Source of the DNA: an uncultured Bdellovibrio sp.
Lineage (GTDB): Bacteria > Bdellovibrionota > Bdellovibrionia > Bdellovibrionales > Bdellovibrionaceae
Assembly (NCBI GenBank): GCA_963932905.1
Contig: CAWVRN010000001.1
Location: forward strand, 416,001 to 480,000
Reading direction: 5' to 3'
DNA length: 64,000 nucleotides
Below the pieces are notes generated by a model. That model was not told the origin of the DNA. It saw nothing but the letters and a program-made list of their open reading frames with translations, and did no database searches. The position numbers and the translations under genes were made by a program. Positions 1-9,700 of the stretch are shown here, one piece after another; positions within the stretch are counted from its first letter, which is position 1, and every line of letters begins with the position of its first letter.

Positions 1-2
1 GC

Positions 3-1016
3 CAGTTCGGTGACAAAGTAGATAGTATAGTCAGCGTTAATCCAATGGCTTACAGTAAGATCTGCCAATTCATCATGAGCGATATCAATAATCCAGAGAT
101 TGAATGTCGTGCTCGTCATGAAAAGATCATTCTTCAAGGACAAGTGGGCAGCGAACAAGAAAAAGTTCAGGCCGAAATCATTGCCAAAATTTATATGCCG
201 CCAGTTTATGTAGATCCATCATGTTCTGACGGTTCTATCAAATGTCCTAAACCAATGAATGATGGCGTGATCAACATGATCAGTGTAAAAGAAGGCGCTC
301 CGGCACCTCCTAAGAAACTCGTACAAATCAATATTCACTATGTTGAGTTGAAGAAGGACTACTCGAAATCATTCCGATTTGAGTGGGCCCCAAAAATTAG
401 TGATGAGACTGGTATGAAGGCGTCTAGTGGTGACACCGGTGGAGGAATTGTTACCTCGTTGACGGCGGTGGTCAGTAACCTTTTGCCAAAATTGAATTCT
501 GCAAAGACTCATGGACATGCGCGGGTACTTGAAAGTACGTCGTTTATGGTTCGTGATGGCGAAAAAGGTTCTATCTCACAAACGATTGATGAGCCGTATT
601 CAGTTATTGGACAAAACGGAAACCAAGGTACAGCATTTACTCCGACCGGCCTGAAAGCCTCGGTTACCCCACAAATCAGTGGAGACAAGTCTGGCACCGT
701 AGAAATGCGCCTTGAATTTCAGGTCAGTCAAAAAGTGGGCGTTGTTAACAGTAATCCGGTTGTTTCAAAAAACGAATTGAATACATTAGTTTTGGTTCGT
801 GACCGTCAAAGTGCAGCAGTGGGTGGTCTAATTAAGAACTCTACGGATACGAACTATAATCGTGACCCGGCCACAGCGGCATTATTCAATGCTTTAGCAG
901 CCAAGGGTACTGCGAGAAATCAAAATCAATTCGTAGTGTTTGTCACACCTAAGATCGTTACTTCGGCGAGCGCCGACAGTGAGAAGATCAAATCTAAATT
1001 TAAGATGCCATACTAA
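3..1016 (+). CDS. cpaC: Flp/Tad pilus secretin (CpaC/RcpA family), 5' end outside the window
   Basis: Frame is open from position 3. Secretin C-terminal pattern (ARVLES...GEKG, VTPQI, AVGGLI, FVVFVTPKIV). Directly upstream of the tadA/tadB-like genes. Confidence 0.85.
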   Translation, partial: QFGDKVDSIVSVNPMAYSKICQFIMSDINNPEIECRARHEKIILQGQVGSEQEKVQAEIIAKIYMPPVYVDPSCSDGSIKCPKPMNDGVINMISVKEGAPAPPKKLVQINIHYVELKKDYSKSFRFEWAPKISDETGMKASSGDTGGGIVTSLTAVVSNLLPKLNSAKTHGHARVLESTSFMVRDGEKGSISQTIDEPYSVIGQNGNQGTAFTPTGLKASVTPQISGDKSGTVEMRLEFQVSQKVGVVNSNPVVSKNELNTLVLVRDRQSAAVGGLIKNSTDTNYNRDPATAALFNALAAKGTARNQNQFVVFVTPKIVTSASADSEKIKSKFKMPY

Positions 1017-1109
1017 CGTATGGCTCTTGAATCCTTGTCGTTCTAGTCGTTCAGCGAGTTATCTAAAATTGAGAATATTCCGAAAAAGCTACCAACGAGG
1101 AGTATAGCT

Positions 1110-3311
1110 TTGGCGTTGAATCCTAATTGTACTATGATTGGTGTTATTGGTGGTAAAGGTGGAGTCGGTAAGAGCGTGTTTGCCGCAAACTTTGCCGTAG
1201 CGTTGATGAATGAGCTTCGTACTCAGGTTCTGTTGATCGATGGCGATTCCAAATCTATTGGTGACCAAAATTTCCTTTTGGGACAAAAGCCAAATAAGAC
1301 ATTGAAAGAAATCACAAACATGGCGACAGGTCTATCTGCTACGCCATTGAATCAACTTGTCAACATGCACCCGTCTGGCTTGGCCTACTTAGGTGCGGTT
1401 CGTGGGCCTGAAGAAAAATTGGATGTTAACCCCGAAGGGTTAATGCGCCAAATTGAATTCTTCAGCAGGCAATTTAAATTTATCATTGTGGATTTAGGCA
1501 ATGATATTGGTCCTTTGCAAAATGCTTTTTTATTAGAGGCAACTGCTTGTTTTATTATTACGACACCTGAAGTGTTAGTCGTAGCGCAAACTCAGCGTTT
1601 AGTGAATGACATGTTATCTGCAACATTTCCACGTGATATGTTCCAGTTAGTTATCAATAAAGTCAGCCCGTCAGGCATTTCTCCGCAAGATATCAGTAAT
1701 TCTTTGCGCTTGCCTCCAATGGGATTAATTCCACATGACGAAGTGACAACTCTGGCTTCGATTCAAAAGCAAACTCCCTTCGTAATTTCACAACCAAAAT
1801 CACCTCTGACGAACGCTTATTATGAAGTTGTTCGTCGTATTACGGGCGGACCTCTTCAACGTTTAAAAAATTTAGCAAAACCTAAACCTGCAGCGGCAAC
1901 GACGGATGCTGGTGCCAATGGTTCAGTGGGCGGTTTGTCAGCCACTTCAATGCAGGGCTTAGATCCACAAGTGCAAATGCGTCTTCGTGTTCATTCAGAA
2001 TTATTAAGATTGCCAGAGCTATCAAGAATGATGAAGGACTACACTCAAGATGAATCAAAACAGAATGAAATCAAAGACCGTGTAAAACGTGAAATTACGC
2101 AGATCGTAGATAAAGAATCTCCCGATATGGCGCGGGATAAGCGTCAGGTTTTGATTGAAGATGTACTAAAAGAATCTTTGGGATTAGGTCCACTGGAAGA
2201 TCTTCTGGCGGATAAAGATATTTCCGAGATTATGATTAATGGTTATAGAAAAATATTTATCGAGAAAGGTGGTAAACTGACTTGGGCGAAGGAAATGCAA
2301 TTTACTTCGAACGATCATTTACGCCGAATTATCGAACGCATCGTGACTCCCCTAGGTCGTCAGATCAATAACGCCAGTCCCATGGTGGATGCACGTTTGA
2401 AAGATGGAAGTCGTGTGAATGCGATTATTGAACCGTGTTCGATTGATGGTCCTGCCGTCACCATTCGTAAATTTAAAAAAGGTGGCGTGTCCCCTGACCG
2501 CTACGTGGAATATGGATCGATGACAAAAAATATGATCGAATTTTTACGTATTTCCGTAGAGAACGGAATGAATGTAGTTATTTCGGGCGGTACTGGTTCT
2601 GGTAAAACAACTCTATTAAATATGCTTTCTTCTTTTATTCCGACTAGTGATCGTATCGTAACTGTCGAGGACGCAGCCGAGCTGCAATTACAACAAGATC
2701 ACGTAGTCCGCTTAGAGACTCGTCCTACATCGATGGAAGGTTCACACGCGATCAGTATTCGTGATTTGATTAAGAATGCCTTACGTATGCGTCCCGATCG
2801 AATTGTCGTCGGGGAATGTCGTGATGGAGCAGCCCTCGATATGCTACAAGCGATGAACACAGGTCACGATGGCTCGATGACAACAACGCATGCGAACAAT
2901 GCTAAAGAATGCATTTCGCGTTTAGAAACTCTGTGTATGATGGCCGGAATGGATTTACCTGCTCGTGCGATTCGCGAACAGATTGCAAGTGCGGTTCACA
3001 TCATCGTGCAGGTTTCACGTTTATCAGATGGTTCGCGTAAAATTATGTCGATCACTGAAGTTGATGGGATTCAAGGCGAAGCTGTGACACTAGCACCTAT
3101 ATTTGTTTTCAAAGAAACGGGTTATGATGCCAAGAAAAAAATCTTGGGCCAATTCCAGCCTACTGGTTACATTCCGAAGTTAATTCAAAAGCTAGCTGCG
3201 AAAAATGTTATTGTTCCAAAAGAGTTGTTCTTGGCTGAAGCTCCTAAGGCAGCGGCTCCAACAACTGGCCCATCGCCTACTGCACAACCACCGGTTAAAA
3301 AGATAGGATAA
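1110..3311 (+). CDS. tadA: Tad pilus ATPase: N-terminal CpaE/TadZ (MinD/ParA-like) domain fused to a CpaF/TadA domain
   Basis: N-terminal deviant Walker A GGKGGVGKS. C-terminal GGTGSGKTT, TVEDAAEL, LRMRPDRIVVGECR and MNTGHDGSMTTTHAN are CpaF motifs. TTG start with GAGGAG RBS. Confidence 0.92.
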   Translation: MALNPNCTMIGVIGGKGGVGKSVFAANFAVALMNELRTQVLLIDGDSKSIGDQNFLLGQKPNKTLKEITNMATGLSATPLNQLVNMHPSGLAYLGAVRGPEEKLDVNPEGLMRQIEFFSRQFKFIIVDLGNDIGPLQNAFLLEATACFIITTPEVLVVAQTQRLVNDMLSATFPRDMFQLVINKVSPSGISPQDISNSLRLPPMGLIPHDEVTTLASIQKQTPFVISQPKSPLTNAYYEVVRRITGGPLQRLKNLAKPKPAAATTDAGANGSVGGLSATSMQGLDPQVQMRLRVHSELLRLPELSRMMKDYTQDESKQNEIKDRVKREITQIVDKESPDMARDKRQVLIEDVLKESLGLGPLEDLLADKDISEIMINGYRKIFIEKGGKLTWAKEMQFTSNDHLRRIIERIVTPLGRQINNASPMVDARLKDGSRVNAIIEPCSIDGPAVTIRKFKKGGVSPDRYVEYGSMTKNMIEFLRISVENGMNVVISGGTGSGKTTLLNMLSSFIPTSDRIVTVEDAAELQLQQDHVVRLETRPTSMEGSHAISIRDLIKNALRMRPDRIVVGECRDGAALDMLQAMNTGHDGSMTTTHANNAKECISRLETLCMMAGMDLPARAIREQIASAVHIIVQVSRLSDGSRKIMSITEVDGIQGEAVTLAPIFVFKETGYDAKKKILGQFQPTGYIPKLIQKLAAKNVIVPKELFLAEAPKAAAPTTGPSPTAQPPVKKIG

Positions 3312-3318
3312 AGAACGA

Positions 3319-4194
3319 ATGGATTTTTTGTTCAAACCAATTCCTTTTATTATACTCACCTCAATCGCTGTTGCGGTGACTATATATGGTTTGAGCGGAG
3401 TTCTGTTTCCTTTTTTTGAAAAGAAGTCGGCGTCCAATCGTGACTTAATTTTGAAGTACTATGAAATGATGGGTGTTCAGACGGATCCAAAGAAAGTAAC
3501 CTATTTACTGTTCGGGTTAAGTTTTGGCCTTGGCGGTATATTTTTCTTCTTGTTTTGGCCTGATGTAATTGCTGGCTTGTTGTTCGGTGGATGCGTCGGT
3601 ATTGCGGGATGGAATATGCCCGTATTACTAGTAAAATCAACGTACGAACGCCGCTGCGGAAAATTCGTTGAACAAATGGTAGATTCATTAACAATCATGG
3701 CGAATGGAATTAAGACGGGTTCGAATCCTGTTCAGTCTATGCAACGTGTGATCGACATCATGAATAATCCAATCAAGCAAGAATTTGAAAAAGTCGTTGG
3801 CGACACCCAGTTAGGTTCTAGTTTCGAAGAAGCCTTAAACAAGCTAGGCGAACGCATACCTAGACCGGACGTTCAGATGTTTGTCACAGCGATTAACATT
3901 TTAAAAGAAACTGGCGGTAATTTAGCGGAAACATTCGAGACTATAGTCTATGTTATTCGTGAACGTCAAAAAATCGAAAAGAAAATTGAAGCCATTACAT
4001 CAAAAGGAGTCATGCAGGGAATTATCGTTATGGCGATCCCCTTTCTGATTTTTGTAATCTTCTTATTTATGGATCCTACGTTCATTCGACCAATGTACAC
4101 TACGACAATGGGCTATATTTTGCTCTTTGTAATGCTAGTCCTGCAGGTAATTGGTGGTCTTTGGATCAAAAAAATTGTTACAATAAAAGTGTAG
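3319..4194 (+). CDS. tadB: Tad pilus inner-membrane platform protein (TadB, T2SSF family)
   Basis: Transmembrane segments, ETGGNLAE motif, position directly after tadA. Confidence 0.88.
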   Translation: MDFLFKPIPFIILTSIAVAVTIYGLSGVLFPFFEKKSASNRDLILKYYEMMGVQTDPKKVTYLLFGLSFGLGGIFFFLFWPDVIAGLLFGGCVGIAGWNMPVLLVKSTYERRCGKFVEQMVDSLTIMANGIKTGSNPVQSMQRVIDIMNNPIKQEFEKVVGDTQLGSSFEEALNKLGERIPRPDVQMFVTAINILKETGGNLAETFETIVYVIRERQKIEKKIEAITSKGVMQGIIVMAIPFLIFVIFLFMDPTFIRPMYTTTMGYILLFVMLVLQVIGGLWIKKIVTIKV

Positions 4195-4227
4195 TATGTT
4201 TCGGGTAAAAAAAAGGATTTTTAGATT

Positions 4228-5889
4228 ATGAAAAGCTTACTCATCCTCATTCTCCTAAGTTTTGTATCTTTGAATGTGCACGCTATCGTGGACATGAAAA
4301 ATGCCAACTATTCTAATACCTGGATCGATTTTGAATTAGATGGTACTGGCTATGATTTAAAACTAGAAAGAACTTACAATAGTCGTACTTTGTTTAACGG
4401 AATTTTTGGATTCGGCTGGTGCACAAATTTTGAAACGAAGTTAGAAATTACCGCTGAGAGTAATTTAAAAGTTCGTGAGTGTGGTGCTGGTGCCGAAGTT
4501 CTATTTTCTCCACGTGAAGTTGGAAAACAAGAAGTAGAAAGAGTTGTGGATTTTATCATTGGTAAAATGAAAGCGGAGAAAGTTGCTGGTCGTACCGATG
4601 AATTCTATAAAAAGAAAAAAGAAGAATTGTTCGAATACGACGACGACCGCGCGGATTTAGCTAAACAATACGGCTGGCAAACAAAAGTCGTTGATGGCAC
4701 AAAATTTATGGCCAACGGAAAAGAAGTAGAAAACATTATTTTCAAAACGACTTATTACGAGCGTACCCTACCCGATGGATCTAAGCAGCGGTTCAATCCA
4801 CAAGGTCAACTGACTTACATGTACGATAAAAACGGTAACATGCTGAAGTTAGATTACGATAAAGCGGGTCTATTAAAAGAAGTCGCAGATACTAATGCTA
4901 GAAAACTAACTTTTAAGTATTATTCCGCTAACAAAAAAGTTCAGCAAATTTTTGGTCCAAACGGCTTAACGGCAGAGTATCAGTATGTAAATACGGATGA
5001 TTTGTCGTATTCACGCGACGCTAAAAAATATGCTACGAAATACACTTACGATGATTTACACAATTTAACGAAAGTTGTATTCACAGATAATTCAGTGATC
5101 CAAATTAAGTATGACCAAAATAACGACTGGGTTATAGGTTTCACTGATCGTGATAAATGTAATGAAACGTACGGTTACGAAGTAGATAAAAAAGATCCCA
5201 AAGGTCATTTCTGGTCGACAGTTAAAAAAGTTTGCGGCAAAGAAACGGTGGCAAACAGCCGTTATGAATTCTGGCATAAACAAAAGGCAAATGGCGAGTA
5301 TGTTTTATCGCGCGTGTTATCTAAAGAAAATGATAACGAAACAGATATTTCGTATCACGAAACATTCGGACGCCCAACTTCCATTCGTAAAAATGGTGAT
5401 AAATTTTCCTATGAATATACACCAGATGGCTTGGTGAAAACCAAGAACACGGCTAATAATAAGCTGATTTTTGAATACAATAATTCTTTGAAAAAGCCTT
5501 CGAAAGTGACCGTAGAGGTATTGAACGACAAAGGGAAAAAGGTATCCACCAAGTTCACTATGTTTCAATATGATACAAAAGGTAATTTGAATTTTGCAGA
5601 AAACTCAGATGGCCAAAAGATCGAATTATCATACGACAATCGTGGTAGAATAACTAAGATCATCGATCAAGCTAAAAAGGTCGTAAAGCTTGAATACGAA
5701 GAGAAATACAACAAGCCGGTAGTAGTATCAAGACCGGGACTTGGATCGATTAAAGTAAGTTATAAACCAAATGGGGATATTAACAAAGTGGATAGTAAAG
5801 AAGGACCAAGCGTCGCGATGCAAGTTGCCAGTACGTTTAACACCTTGTTAGATATTATCGCCCCAGCCACTCAAGAATTATTTTTATAG
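4228..5889 (+). CDS. Secreted RHS/YD-repeat protein, Bd0109-like, without a C-terminal toxin
   Basis: Signal peptide, RTYNSR...FGFGW N-terminal RHS-associated motif, many YD/YDxxG repeats, position after tadB as at the Bdellovibrio hit locus. Confidence 0.85.
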   Translation: MKSLLILILLSFVSLNVHAIVDMKNANYSNTWIDFELDGTGYDLKLERTYNSRTLFNGIFGFGWCTNFETKLEITAESNLKVRECGAGAEVLFSPREVGKQEVERVVDFIIGKMKAEKVAGRTDEFYKKKKEELFEYDDDRADLAKQYGWQTKVVDGTKFMANGKEVENIIFKTTYYERTLPDGSKQRFNPQGQLTYMYDKNGNMLKLDYDKAGLLKEVADTNARKLTFKYYSANKKVQQIFGPNGLTAEYQYVNTDDLSYSRDAKKYATKYTYDDLHNLTKVVFTDNSVIQIKYDQNNDWVIGFTDRDKCNETYGYEVDKKDPKGHFWSTVKKVCGKETVANSRYEFWHKQKANGEYVLSRVLSKENDNETDISYHETFGRPTSIRKNGDKFSYEYTPDGLVKTKNTANNKLIFEYNNSLKKPSKVTVEVLNDKGKKVSTKFTMFQYDTKGNLNFAENSDGQKIELSYDNRGRITKIIDQAKKVVKLEYEEKYNKPVVVSRPGLGSIKVSYKPNGDINKVDSKEGPSVAMQVASTFNTLLDIIAPATQELFL

Positions 5890-5900
5890 GAGCAATCAGG

Positions 5901-6254
5901 ATGAAATTTTTTATATCTATAATCATGGTTTTATTAATGCTTAATTTATTTGCGCAGGCGAAGGTTGTTGCTGATCCGCCGGGAGCGACAGCAAGTAAAA
6001 TAGATGATTCAAAAACTAAAGACGATATTGCTGCAGGTGACAGTATGGAAGAAACGGCCGGCAAAGTTAAAAAGGGTAGCGAAGGAATAATTAAGCCGTG
6101 TCTTTATCGAGATGCTAAAGGACGATGCGTTCCGATGCCAAACACTACAATTGCGAGCAAAAAAGATACATGCATCAGGAGGGGTAAAGGTGGAAAAATT
6201 AACTGTAAACCAACAGTCGATCAAGAAACTAAACCCGTTGAGCAAACTAAATAG
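5901..6254 (+). CDS. Small secreted low-complexity protein, positional equivalent of hit-locus Bd0108
   Basis: AGGAG RBS, signal peptide, charged mature region with 4 Cys, directly after the YD-repeat gene. Confidence 0.6.
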   Translation: MKFFISIIMVLLMLNLFAQAKVVADPPGATASKIDDSKTKDDIAAGDSMEETAGKVKKGSEGIIKPCLYRDAKGRCVPMPNTTIASKKDTCIRRGKGGKINCKPTVDQETKPVEQTK

Positions 6255-6257
6255 TCC

Positions 6258-6515
6258 CTAAACCTGAATTTTACCGGACACTAAATTATCAATGGTGTCC
6301 GCATGCTGGCGACGAAGAGCATTCTTGATCGCCATTTCACTGCGAGATGCAAATTCATTCATCAAATTTGAATAGGGAGTCTTGATCGTGGCTTTCACGG
6401 CACCGCCGGCAAACACGCGCGTGACGATAAAAGGATTCTTCTCACCCCAATCTTCGGTTTGGATATGAAAGCTAGTTCCTTTAACAACGATATCTGAATT
6501 AAAACCCTTTTGCAT
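6258..6515 (-). CDS. Small hypothetical protein
   Basis: 85-aa ORF with globular composition (GFNSDI...FHIQTEDWG), preceded by a sigma70-like promoter TTGCCC-N17-TACATT. Confidence 0.7.
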   Translation of the reverse strand: MQKGFNSDIVVKGTSFHIQTEDWGEKNPFIVTRVFAGGAVKATIKTPYSNLMNEFASRSEMAIKNALRRQHADTIDNLVSGKIQV

Positions 6516-6596
6516 GCGACACCAATGTAATGGAAAATTGGGGGGTGGGCAATAGGTGAGACCAACTTTCTAAGCTAACTGCCTACGATGAATATA

Positions 6597-8474
6597 CTAA
6601 ATTGGGCAAGTTTTCGGCTTAGGCTTTGATGGTTTCCATAAAAACTGGCCAAAAAACATCACTTTTTCTAATACTTTTTCGTTTTGGACACTTTTGTCAT
6701 TCGACGATCCTGATATGCCTCCAGTGAGGCAAACTTCTAATTCATTCCTTTCTTTTTGATTTAATGACTTACTCGCCAACCACCTTTTAACTTTTTCCAA
6801 CCAACTTGTGCCGACTTTTTGGTCGTTGATTTCTTTTAACATTGAGAACAACGCTTCGGGGTCATCTTGAGATAAAGCCTGGATCAATTTAGGATTTGGC
6901 GAGCTAACTTTACTAAAAAATTTTAACGATTTAGCAAGCTCATCTTTTATTTGCTTTCTGCGGTCAGTTTTTAAACTGGTATTTAAATTTATAGTATCAA
7001 AGGCTTTGCTAAATGTACCTTTCATTTCACTTTCAAGTTCCGCAAGTTGTTTTGCAATCTTTCGAGCTTTAACGGCACTATTAAATGCACTCGCACCAGA
7101 TATAGCAGCGGTGCCGAGTGCCAAGACGCATTCCGCATTTTCGATATCTTTGTTTACAAAATGCTCAATTGATTGAGCGGAGGTTAAATCGGTTCTTTGG
7201 CAATAGTTTTCATTTTGTATGTGATAGTTATTTCCAAAACAAGTCTCCATAACTGTCTTTGCAACTTGCAGCGAGGACATACTTCCTTTGGTGACTGCAG
7301 AAATAATTTGAAACCCCCGCAATCCTCTTTGAGAAACAATTCCTAGATTTGCTAAGCGTGCGACGGCTATTTCAGCACCTCCCACGATTAGCGTGACGCC
7401 TCCTACAATTAAACTATTTGCAGTGTTCGAGACTTCAGCGCCTTTTCCATACTTTGCTTCTAAGCTACAGGCAATGGGCTTAAACAAACTTGAATTTGGA
7501 TCATTATACAAAAGTTTCTGTGCATTTCCCGCATCAAAAGTCGAAGTTTTGAAATTATGCTGATCATTGTATTGACCTTTTATAGAGGCAAGGTCCTTTT
7601 GGTCTGAAAAACTTTGATTGATTTCCCTTTCAATCACCTGCTTTTGGAAACTATAAGAACTATCTGAAAGGGCTTTTGCTTTCAGTTCTGTGAGATTAGG
7701 TTGCTTTCCAGTTTTTTGGGATTCTAAAAATGGATTTAAGATTTGTATCTTAAAATAGTTTTTAACATTTTCAGAAAATGAAAGAGGAAGTGAATTTTCA
7801 AGATTTTCAATCTCGAGTTGCAATTTAAAAACCTTCTCTTTTGTCGAGTTTTTTGGATCTACTGAATAGACTCTTGAAGCTTGCCCATAGCTTTTTAGCT
7901 CTAATGTTTTCTGAGCAATTTGTTGAGCCTTGCTTATCATATCATCTATAATTTTTTCTTGAGCGGACCTGGCCGATTCCCTTCTCTTTGCCTCAGATTT
8001 CTCTTCAACCACTTGAGCCTTTGTTTTTTTTAAATCACTTGCTAAGTTTGGAAACTCGGAAATCAACTCTTTATTTGATCGAATCATGTCATTTTCAGAA
8101 ACTTTATTTTGTTTATTTAAAGATTGCCAAAAATCAACACGGCACTCATTTTGTTTTGCGTTTTCTTGAACAAGTGAATTAAAAAATAATATTTCTTTTG
8201 ATTCGTTAGAGTTTCGAATTAATTCGGCAGTGAGTTTTGATTGGTTCGAGCAATTCATATTTTTACCTAAATATGCTTTAACTTCTTCAGGTTTTAGTAT
8301 GGAAGCTTCTTCCGTTTTTTGATTTGAGCAATCATCAATCAGGCGGTGATACCAAAACTGATTTACCTGGCCTTTGAACAAATCAAAAGCCTCCAGGGAC
8401 AGAGCTTGAAAGCTTGTTAGAGTGGCGAAAAGGAACAAAAAATAGTATTTAAGCACTATTGAATTTGTCGGCAA
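6597..8474 (-). CDS. Secreted helical hypothetical protein (start may be GTG at 8456)
   Basis: 625-aa ORF, signal peptide, coiled-coil stretches, two Gly/Ala-rich hydrophobic segments, scattered Cys. Confidence 0.7.
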   Translation of the reverse strand: MPTNSIVLKYYFLFLFATLTSFQALSLEAFDLFKGQVNQFWYHRLIDDCSNQKTEEASILKPEEVKAYLGKNMNCSNQSKLTAELIRNSNESKEILFFNSLVQENAKQNECRVDFWQSLNKQNKVSENDMIRSNKELISEFPNLASDLKKTKAQVVEEKSEAKRRESARSAQEKIIDDMISKAQQIAQKTLELKSYGQASRVYSVDPKNSTKEKVFKLQLEIENLENSLPLSFSENVKNYFKIQILNPFLESQKTGKQPNLTELKAKALSDSSYSFQKQVIEREINQSFSDQKDLASIKGQYNDQHNFKTSTFDAGNAQKLLYNDPNSSLFKPIACSLEAKYGKGAEVSNTANSLIVGGVTLIVGGAEIAVARLANLGIVSQRGLRGFQIISAVTKGSMSSLQVAKTVMETCFGNNYHIQNENYCQRTDLTSAQSIEHFVNKDIENAECVLALGTAAISGASAFNSAVKARKIAKQLAELESEMKGTFSKAFDTINLNTSLKTDRRKQIKDELAKSLKFFSKVSSPNPKLIQALSQDDPEALFSMLKEINDQKVGTSWLEKVKRWLASKSLNQKERNELEVCLTGGISGSSNDKSVQNEKVLEKVMFFGQFLWKPSKPKPKTCPI

Positions 8475-8569
8475 GAATTTGTTTGGAATAAATAGAAAAT
8501 TTAAAAAATAGATTTGATTTTAATCAGGTCATCGAGCGTTCGACCATTGTCTAGCCTGGAATTTTTTAC

Positions 8570-8596
8570 TACAATATTTCTAGTAAATTCCGAAAA
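8570..8596 (+). promoter_or_regulatory. Putative sigma28 (FliA) promoter
   Basis: TACA-N16-CCGAAAA; the CCGA starts 13 nt before the ATG at 8603. Confidence 0.5.
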
Positions 8597-8602
8597 AATC
8601 TT

Positions 8603-9385
8603 ATGCCAAGGAAAATTGGTTACTTTACAATCTTAAGTTTTTTTATGATTTGTTTAGATGCCGAATCAGCAGATAACTATAAAGTAAATGCTGCTGAATC
8701 AACTTGCTATAATACAATCAGGGCCATTAAGCACGGAATTTTCAGAAACGAGCGGGATCATATTATTCGTCATGTTCCCTATAATGGTCATGGAATCATT
8801 CTGGATTCTAATTTAATGATAGCATTAAAGGAGAAAGGGTTTGAACACCTTGGCGAATCGTCATGGCACGGACAACTAAAGAAAATGGTTAAAACGGCTA
8901 GCAAGCAAAAAAAGCAAAAATCAAATGTTCCTAGTTTATCTGATCCATTTAGGTTTTGGGTAAGCTCAAAAATAGGGCAAGAAGTCCAAGACGTTGTTAG
9001 AAGAAAAAAAATCTCCTTTGAATTTCCAGAGTCCACAAGAATTCTTCCTATAAACGAACATACAAAAGCAGAATATGATCAAGTTTACAATAAACTGCGA
9101 TCATTAAGTATTGGTGGCGATAAGGTACATGATAATGTGAATGATAGAGATATATTGACCGAGGTATTTTTTTCTAAAACAACGGATAACGTAACTCCTG
9201 TATTCGCGACTGCTGACAAGGGAATTATTAATCCACTATGTAAAACAATCCCCAATTGCGCAAGTGCGCTAAGACGAAATACCATGCGATCAGAATACCG
9301 CGACGGCTTTGATTTTACTATTCATGATGAATCAACTGGAATTTCCCGAACAGTTAGAATCTTGCCAATATATTTAGAAAAATGA
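8603..9385 (+). CDS. Putative secreted PIN-domain nuclease
   Basis: Signal-peptide-like N-terminus. PIN motifs IILDSNL (D68), IGQEV (E127), NDRDIL (D181) and FATADK (D205). Confidence 0.6.
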   Translation: MPRKIGYFTILSFFMICLDAESADNYKVNAAESTCYNTIRAIKHGIFRNERDHIIRHVPYNGHGIILDSNLMIALKEKGFEHLGESSWHGQLKKMVKTASKQKKQKSNVPSLSDPFRFWVSSKIGQEVQDVVRRKKISFEFPESTRILPINEHTKAEYDQVYNKLRSLSIGGDKVHDNVNDRDILTEVFFSKTTDNVTPVFATADKGIINPLCKTIPNCASALRRNTMRSEYRDGFDFTIHDESTGISRTVRILPIYLEK

Positions 9386-9447
9386 GGATCGAACTAAATC
9401 AGCAAATTTGGTTTCTACTAATGCGAAACTGATCGGGATTTGATCTC

Positions 9448-9474
9448 TAAGCCAATTAGCCTGGACTCCGATAG
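9448..9474 (+). promoter_or_regulatory. Putative sigma28 (FliA) promoter
   Basis: TAAG-N16-CCGATAG matches the spacing of the TAAA-N15-GCCGATAA consensus. Confidence 0.6.
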
Positions 9475-9700
9475 GTAAGAGAAAGAAACTGACGGAAATA
9501 AACCAGTCTAACTTCTATACAGCTGGATCAACGTCTGAATCTGAGACTTCTTACTGTAGGTAGTTAAAACTACGAATATTTACTGTCTCGTCTCACTCTG
9601 ATGCGTAAAAAATCTAGACTAAACTCGGCGCTAAACGTCGATTAAACTTATCTCAGACGGAGCGGTTATTGCTCTTGTATCTACTATCAGGGGAAACACT

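Noticed and set aside
4228..5889. YD-repeat gene as an Rhs polymorphic toxin with 5901-6254 as immunity
   Set aside because: No Rhs core DPxG cleavage motif or toxin tail; synteny fits the Bd0109/Bd0108 pilus-associated pair.
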